A DNA stretch of 64,000 bases from Planctomycetota bacterium (GTDB lineage: Bacteria > Planctomycetota > UBA1135 > UBA2386). The notes beneath the pieces were generated by a model, which was not told where the DNA came from, searched no databases, and saw only the letters and a program-made list of their open reading frames with translations. This document shows, piece after piece, positions 58,631-64,000 of the stretch (position 1 is its first letter; each line of letters starts with the position of its first letter). Made by a program: the position numbers and the translations under genes. The stretch is taken from contig JBKAGP010000001.1 in the NCBI GenBank assembly GCA_046290465.1, positions 6,240,001 to 6,304,000 on the forward strand, read 5' to 3'.

Positions 58631-58705
58631 CGACGGATCTCCCGTGGCGTCAGAGCAGTTGCGCGTGCGGTGGCTTGCACGCCGCTTCTTCGTCGTTCGC
58701 CGGGG

Positions 58706-61357
58706 CTACGCTTGAGCTGCGGGTGGCGCGAGTTCGCGTCGCCGGCGCGCGCGCATGAGCCACCATGTCGCGATCGCGCACAGCGTCGCGAATGCCGCCA
58801 GCGACAGCCCCGCGGTGAGACCGGGTGCCGTGTAGTGCAGCACCACGCGGCAGGCGCGGTCCGGTAGCGCGACGAGCCGCTGGCTGTGGTTGCAGCGCAC
58901 GATCGTCGCCGGCTCGCCGTCGATGCTCGCGCTCCACCCCGGCAAGAACGTGTCGGCCAGCACCAGCGCGCGGCCGGCGCCGGCCGCGACGTCGAGCTCG
59001 ATGTGGCTCGCGTGGTCCTGCAAGAACGTCACCGCGCGCATCGGCGCGCCGTTCGGTGCTGCGTCGATCTCGTCCGGATCGATCGCCGCGGGCAGGTCGC
59101 CCATGACCACGTAGGCCTGCGCCGCCGGCGCCAGCGTCGGCGCCGTCAGGGCAGCGAGCACGGTCTCGTCGTCGGCGAGAACCTCGAGCTTCGGCACCAC
59201 GAACGCGCGCGGCAGCGCGCGCGGCCGTTCGTGCACGAAGAACGCCTCGCCGCGGCCGCGCAGCTGCGGGCCGACCACCTCCCCGAGCCGGAACGGCGGC
59301 CGGTCGAGGCCGGCCTCGTTGCTCAGCACGAACCGCAGGCCGACCAGGTCGAACCACGGATGCCGCAGCAGCGCCGCCGGCAGCGTCGTGGTCAGGTAGC
59401 CCTTGCCGGCGACGCGGGTGCCGACGTCCGCGTCGAGCTGCAGGCGCTGCCAGTTCTGGTCGAGCAGGCGCCGCAGCGGCTGCAGCGTGCGCGCGTCGGC
59501 GTGGCTGTAGTAGTTGAGGTCGCGCAGGCCGTCGATCGCGAACTGGCCCGGCCACGGCGCGACCGGCTTCGCGGTCGCGCGCACGATCGTCGCGCCGCCC
59601 TGGCCGGCGAGCGCCGTGGTTCGTTCGCGCAAGAACGTGTGCACCTCGGAGCCGCGCGTTCCCGGCGCCGCCGTGCCGCGGGTGATGCGCTGGCCGTGCA
59701 GCGCCAGCTGCGCGATCGCCGCGGCGACGCCGACGCCGAGCACGACCTCGCGGCCGCGGCCGCGCAGCAGCCCGAACAGCAGCAGCACCGCGCCGGCACC
59801 GCCGAGCCACAGCGCGCCGCGCGAGCCGGCCCGCGCAAAGCTGTCGAAGCCCTGCGCGAAGCGGTCGTGCCGGCCCGGAGGGTCGCCCTGCACGTAGTCG
59901 ACGACGCCCTTGCGCTCGCTGTCGTAGTGCGCCATCAGCGCTTCGACCGCCCAGTCCGGATCGTCGCGGTGGAACGTCGCCGGCAGGCCGGTGCTCCACC
60001 ACAGGATCAGCGCGGCCAGCAGCGCGACGGCGCCGCTGGCGATCGGCACGCGCGGCTTCGCGGTGCGCAGCCGATCGACGCCGAGCGCCGCCAGCCACGC
60101 GACGAACAGCGTGCCGGCGGCCGGCCACCGCATCGGCCAGACGTTCTGCACGACCGGCAGGTGGAACAGCCACTGCAGGACCGGCAGGAACAGCCCGAGC
60201 CCGAGCGCGAACCCGCACGCGGCGCGCGCGAACCACACGTAGCGGCCGCGCGCCGACAGCAGCCCGAGCGCGGCGAGCAGCAGGCCGAGGCTCGAGATCG
60301 TCAGCGAGTACTCGGTGTAGTTGTAGTTGGGCAGCGCCGCCTTGCCGCTGTCGAGCGCGCGGGTGTTGAGCAGCAGCTGCATCGGGCCGCTGTGGTAGGC
60401 GACGCCGTCGAGGCGGCTCGGGTGGCCGAACGCGTCCGGCATCAGCCACGTCAGCAGCCCGTACGGTTCGAACGCCTGGCCGGAGATGTCGTCCCACGCC
60501 GGCGTCGGCGGACGCGCGCTGTCGGGGAAGAACAGCAGCGACGGCAGCACCTGCGGCAGCGACCAGCACGCGCCGAGGCCGAGGCCCAGGGCCAGCCAGC
60601 CGCACAGGCGCAGCGCGTGCCGACGGTCTCGCGCGACGAACCGCGCGCCGCAGAGCCAGACGAACCACAGCCCGGCGAACACGGTCGCGGTCGCCGCGAA
60701 CGGCGGGAAGCCGCCGAGCCAGGTCATCGCGAACGCGACCGCGAGGCCGGCCACCTGCAGCGGCCGCACGCGCTCGGCGTGCGCGATCCGCAGCATCGCC
60801 CACAGCACGCCGGGCAGCCACACGTAGCTGGCCAGCCGCATCCAGAAGAAGCTGTTGGCGGCCATCGGTCCCGACAGCTCGAACAGCGCCGCGCCGACGA
60901 ACGCGGCCGCGGCACCGAGGCCGACCTGGCGCAGCAGGCCGAACGCCAGCAGGCCGCCGAGCATCAGGTTGATCCACGCCACCACCCCGAGCCGCGCCGC
61001 CGGTTGGTCGGCGAACAACGCGATCCAGTTCGGCGGATAGCACAGCCCGATCAGGCCGTGGGCGTGCAGCGGCGCGCCGGTGCGGGCGCGCGGGTTCCAG
61101 ACCGGCAGGCGGCCGGCGCGCAGCTCGTCGCGCGCGAACTCGAATTCGGGCAGGAACCAGACCGGCACCTCGGTGACGTCGAAGTTGGCGCCGTCGCGCG
61201 CCGTCGCCAGCTCGGCGTCGGTCGCGGTGGTGCGGACCGGCGGGAACTGGTCGACGTCGTACGACACGAAGTAGCGGTCGCCGAACGTGCACGGCCACAG
61301 CCACAGCAGCGGCAGCAGCACCAGGGCGACGATCGCCAGCGCGTCGCGGCGGTTCAT
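58706..61357 (-). CDS. YfhO-family (GT-C) membrane glycosyltransferase-like protein
   Basis: G.LPVWNP...GAPL and YPPN, many TMs, LPRAF, and the C-terminal LVLADTFLPGWSASIDG. Confidence 0.85.
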   Translation of the reverse strand: MNRRDALAIVALVLLPLLWLWPCTFGDRYFVSYDVDQFPPVRTTATDAELATARDGANFDVTEVPVWFLPEFEFARDELRAGRLPVWNPRARTGAPLHAHGLIGLCYPPNWIALFADQPAARLGVVAWINLMLGGLLAFGLLRQVGLGAAAAFVGAALFELSGPMAANSFFWMRLASYVWLPGVLWAMLRIAHAERVRPLQVAGLAVAFAMTWLGGFPPFAATATVFAGLWFVWLCGARFVARDRRHALRLCGWLALGLGLGACWSLPQVLPSLLFFPDSARPPTPAWDDISGQAFEPYGLLTWLMPDAFGHPSRLDGVAYHSGPMQLLLNTRALDSGKAALPNYNYTEYSLTISSLGLLLAALGLLSARGRYVWFARAACGFALGLGLFLPVLQWLFHLPVVQNVWPMRWPAAGTLFVAWLAALGVDRLRTAKPRVPIASGAVALLAALILWWSTGLPATFHRDDPDWAVEALMAHYDSERKGVVDYVQGDPPGRHDRFAQGFDSFARAGSRGALWLGGAGAVLLLFGLLRGRGREVVLGVGVAAAIAQLALHGQRITRGTAAPGTRGSEVHTFLRERTTALAGQGGATIVRATAKPVAPWPGQFAIDGLRDLNYYSHADARTLQPLRRLLDQNWQRLQLDADVGTRVAGKGYLTTTLPAALLRHPWFDLVGLRFVLSNEAGLDRPPFRLGEVVGPQLRGRGEAFFVHERPRALPRAFVVPKLEVLADDETVLAALTAPTLAPAAQAYVVMGDLPAAIDPDEIDAAPNGAPMRAVTFLQDHASHIELDVAAGAGRALVLADTFLPGWSASIDGEPATIVRCNHSQRLVALPDRACRVVLHYTAPGLTAGLSLAAFATLCAIATWWLMRARRRRELAPPAAQA

Positions 61358-63972
61358 CGCGGCCTCCGGCCGGTGGCGAGCGCCGCGGTGACCAGCAGCA
61401 GCGCCAGCAGCGACAGCCGCAGCGGCCAGACCGCGCGCGCCTGGTCGTACGTGAACACGACGCGGTGCTCGCCGGCGGGCACGTAGACCGCGCGCAGGTA
61501 GTGGTCGGCGATGCGGATCGCGCGGTCCTCGCCGTCGACGGTCGCGCGCCAGCCCTCGTCGAACGGGTCGGCGAGCCGCACGTAGCCGTCGTGGCTGCAG
61601 GTGACCGTCAGCTCGACGCGTTCGTCGTCGTGCCGCGTCACCTGCACGTCGGCGGTCGCGCCGTCGGCCGGGCGCGGGATCGGCGCGGTGGCGTCCTCGA
61701 GCACGACCCGGCGGCGCACGTCGCGGTCGGGTTGCGCCAGCGCCTGCAGGCGCGCGTCGCTGGCGGCGATCATGTCGACCTCGCGCACGAACGTCGCGCG
61801 CGGCATCGCGGTGGTGCGCTCCAGCAGCCGGTAGCGGCCGGTGCCTTCAGGAGTGCGGTCGAGCAGCGTGTCGGTCGCCGGCACCTGTTCGGCCGGGCGC
61901 GGCGTCAGGATGAAGCGCAGGCCGTAGAGGTCAGCCAGCGGGTGCGACAGCGACTCCGGCTCGGTGAACGAGCCGACGCCGGCGCCGCCGTAGCCGATGC
62001 CCTGCTCGATGCACTCGAAGAACTGCTCGAAGCGCGCCGGCGGCAGCGGATTGTAGGCGTTGGCGTCGGCGAGGCCGAGGAACCCCGGCACGTTGCCGGG
62101 CAGCGCCGTGTTCGGCTGCGAGTCCTTCGGCACCAGCCGCTGCAGGCGCGGCCGCGGCCGGCCGTCGACGTGCTCGGCGACGACCGGTGCCAGCACCTTG
62201 GGCAGCTCGGTGATCCGTTCGCTGGCGACCGTCTGCACCGGTCCGAGGCCGAGCACCAGCAGTTCGGTCATGGTCGCGCCCAGCAACACCGCCAGCGTCC
62301 AGACGCGGATCCGCCACAGCGCGACGATGCCGGCGATCGCGACCAGCAGCGTGGTCCAGAACGCGAAGTGCAGCGCGCGGTAGTTGTGCAGCACCTCGCC
62401 GGGCGCCGCCTGCTGGCGGACCCGGGCGACGACCAGTTCGGGGTTGCCGTTGGCGGCACGGACCAGTTCGTGGTCGCCGTCGAGCACGAACAGGTCGGCG
62501 AGCCCGCGCAGGAACTCCGGCTCGGCGCTGCGCTGCCACAGCCACACCAGCGCGGTCAGCGACGCCGCCGCCAGCAGCAACAAGAACGCGTGCCCCGGCC
62601 AGCGCCGTTCGCCGCGCAGCCACGCGTCGGCGCCGAGGCCGCTCAGCACGACCGCCGGCATCGCCACCAGGAACAGCAGCCGCCGCAGGTCGCCCGCGGT
62701 GATGCCCGGCAGCACCCTCGCGATCGTCAAGAACGGCTGCGTCGCCGTCGCCATGCCGAACGCGCCGACCGCGAACAGCGCGAAGAACCACGCCAGCAGC
62801 CGGTGCCGCCTGGGGAACAGCGAGGTCACGGCGGCGGCCAGCGGCAGCACGCCGATCGCGAACGACGTCTCGACCCAGTTCTGGAACGCGCTGCCGTCCT
62901 GGCGCAACGGCTGTTCGAGCAGCACCAGCTGGCTCAGCGGCATGCGCGTGCGAAAGCCGAGCGCGCCGTCGGGGTCGGGGTAGAAGCGGTCGGCCGGCCA
63001 GCTCAGCAGGTCGGGCCACAGCATCGACAGCAGCTGGTTGCCCTCGAGCGCCTCGTCGGCCAGGCGCTGCAGCGAGAACTGCCCCTCGCGCGCCGACTCC
63101 GCCGACGCCATCAGGATCGGCAGCATGTTGGCGAACGACAGCGCACCGCCGACGGCGAGGCCGATGCCGACCGGCAGCAGACGCCGCCAGCGGTCGCCGC
63201 GCTCGGCGCGCAGCAGGCACAGCAGCGCGAATGCACCGGCGAGGTAGGTCGACTGCAGCGCGATCACGACGAAGCCGGTCGACCACGACAGGCCGGCCCA
63301 CAGCGACAGCCAGCCGACGGCCCAGCGGCGTTCGCGGCCGCGCGCGCCGTGCGCGACCAGTTCGTGCACCGCCGACAGCATCGGCCACAGCGACAGCGCG
63401 GCGGTCAGGATCACGTTGTGGTGCAGCTTGCACTGCGTCCACATGCCGAGCGTCGCGGCGACCAGCGCCAGCAGCGCTGCGCCGTGCACGCAGCCGAGTC
63501 GCCGCACGAACCGGTACGCGAACCAGCCGAACAGCACCAGGTGCACCAGGTACCACCAGCCGTACCACTCGACGCTCGGCAGCACGAACAGCAGCAGGTT
63601 GATCGGCTGGAACGGCTGCGCCATCTGCGGCACGAACGGCGCGCCGCCGCCGATGTCGCGCGTCCAGCGCGGGAACTCGCCGTCGGCGAAGCGATCCTGC
63701 ATGACGCGGTCCCAGCACAGCGACTGCAGGTACTTGTCGCTCATGCCGACGTTGCCGCGGAACACCTCGCGCGGGTCGAACGTGCCGGCGGCGCGTTCCT
63801 GTTCCATGACCACGTCGAACAGCTCGGGCGGGTGGGGGACCAGCGCGCGGCCGGGCAGCAGGCCGTCGCGCAGGAACAGCACCGCACACGCGAACGCGAG
63901 CAACAGCGCCTGCCAGTGTTCGCGGCGGCTCGGCGCCGCCGCACGATCGCGGCCATGGTTGGCGTCCGACAT
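61354..63972 (-). CDS. YfhO-family (GT-C) membrane glycosyltransferase-like protein
   Basis: GEFPRW...GGGAPF and FQPIN, many TMs, MPRATF, and the C-terminal D.FDEGWRATVDG...AVYVPAGEHRVVFTY. Confidence 0.85.
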   Translation of the reverse strand: MSDANHGRDRAAAPSRREHWQALLLAFACAVLFLRDGLLPGRALVPHPPELFDVVMEQERAAGTFDPREVFRGNVGMSDKYLQSLCWDRVMQDRFADGEFPRWTRDIGGGAPFVPQMAQPFQPINLLLFVLPSVEWYGWWYLVHLVLFGWFAYRFVRRLGCVHGAALLALVAATLGMWTQCKLHHNVILTAALSLWPMLSAVHELVAHGARGRERRWAVGWLSLWAGLSWSTGFVVIALQSTYLAGAFALLCLLRAERGDRWRRLLPVGIGLAVGGALSFANMLPILMASAESAREGQFSLQRLADEALEGNQLLSMLWPDLLSWPADRFYPDPDGALGFRTRMPLSQLVLLEQPLRQDGSAFQNWVETSFAIGVLPLAAAVTSLFPRRHRLLAWFFALFAVGAFGMATATQPFLTIARVLPGITAGDLRRLLFLVAMPAVVLSGLGADAWLRGERRWPGHAFLLLLAAASLTALVWLWQRSAEPEFLRGLADLFVLDGDHELVRAANGNPELVVARVRQQAAPGEVLHNYRALHFAFWTTLLVAIAGIVALWRIRVWTLAVLLGATMTELLVLGLGPVQTVASERITELPKVLAPVVAEHVDGRPRPRLQRLVPKDSQPNTALPGNVPGFLGLADANAYNPLPPARFEQFFECIEQGIGYGGAGVGSFTEPESLSHPLADLYGLRFILTPRPAEQVPATDTLLDRTPEGTGRYRLLERTTAMPRATFVREVDMIAASDARLQALAQPDRDVRRRVVLEDATAPIPRPADGATADVQVTRHDDERVELTVTCSHDGYVRLADPFDEGWRATVDGEDRAIRIADHYLRAVYVPAGEHRVVFTYDQARAVWPLRLSLLALLLVTAALATGRRPR

Positions 63973-64000
63973 GCCCGGTTGACGATGCAGCAGGCGACGG

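Overview
Very GC-rich bacterial chromosome segment. The gene repertoire (ECF sigma factor with a Ser/Thr kinase, secreted prenyltransferase-fold, Kelch and VWA-HEAT proteins, coaE-rho order) suggests a Planctomycetota lineage; this is an inference. Core genes are coaE, tatC, cinA, rpsB-tsf-pyrH-frr, tRNA-Lys(TTT), dusB, tRNA-Leu(CAG), smpB and tmRNA (tag ANTHYSLAA). Accessory content includes glycosyltransferases, a kinase-lipoprotein-PP2C operon, pilC, a histidine kinase, a diguanylate cyclase and three tandem YfhO-like genes. The most notable observations are: (1) a Rho homologue coupled to coaE that keeps its RNA-binding domain but has lost its ATPase motifs; (2) a type III PKS, methyltransferase and flavin oxidoreductase cluster flanked by MMPL, TatT-like and YceI-like lipid carriers; (3) an integrase-less island next to the tmRNA 3' end, with an XRE repressor and three copies of a 26-bp operator-like palindrome; (4) an ECF sigma/kinase pair next to a beta-propeller di-heme protein; (5) recurrent 9-20 bp tandem duplications at gene 3' ends; (6) a dispersed REP-like palindrome. 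All calls come from reading the sequence; no database searches were run, and several start codons are estimates.
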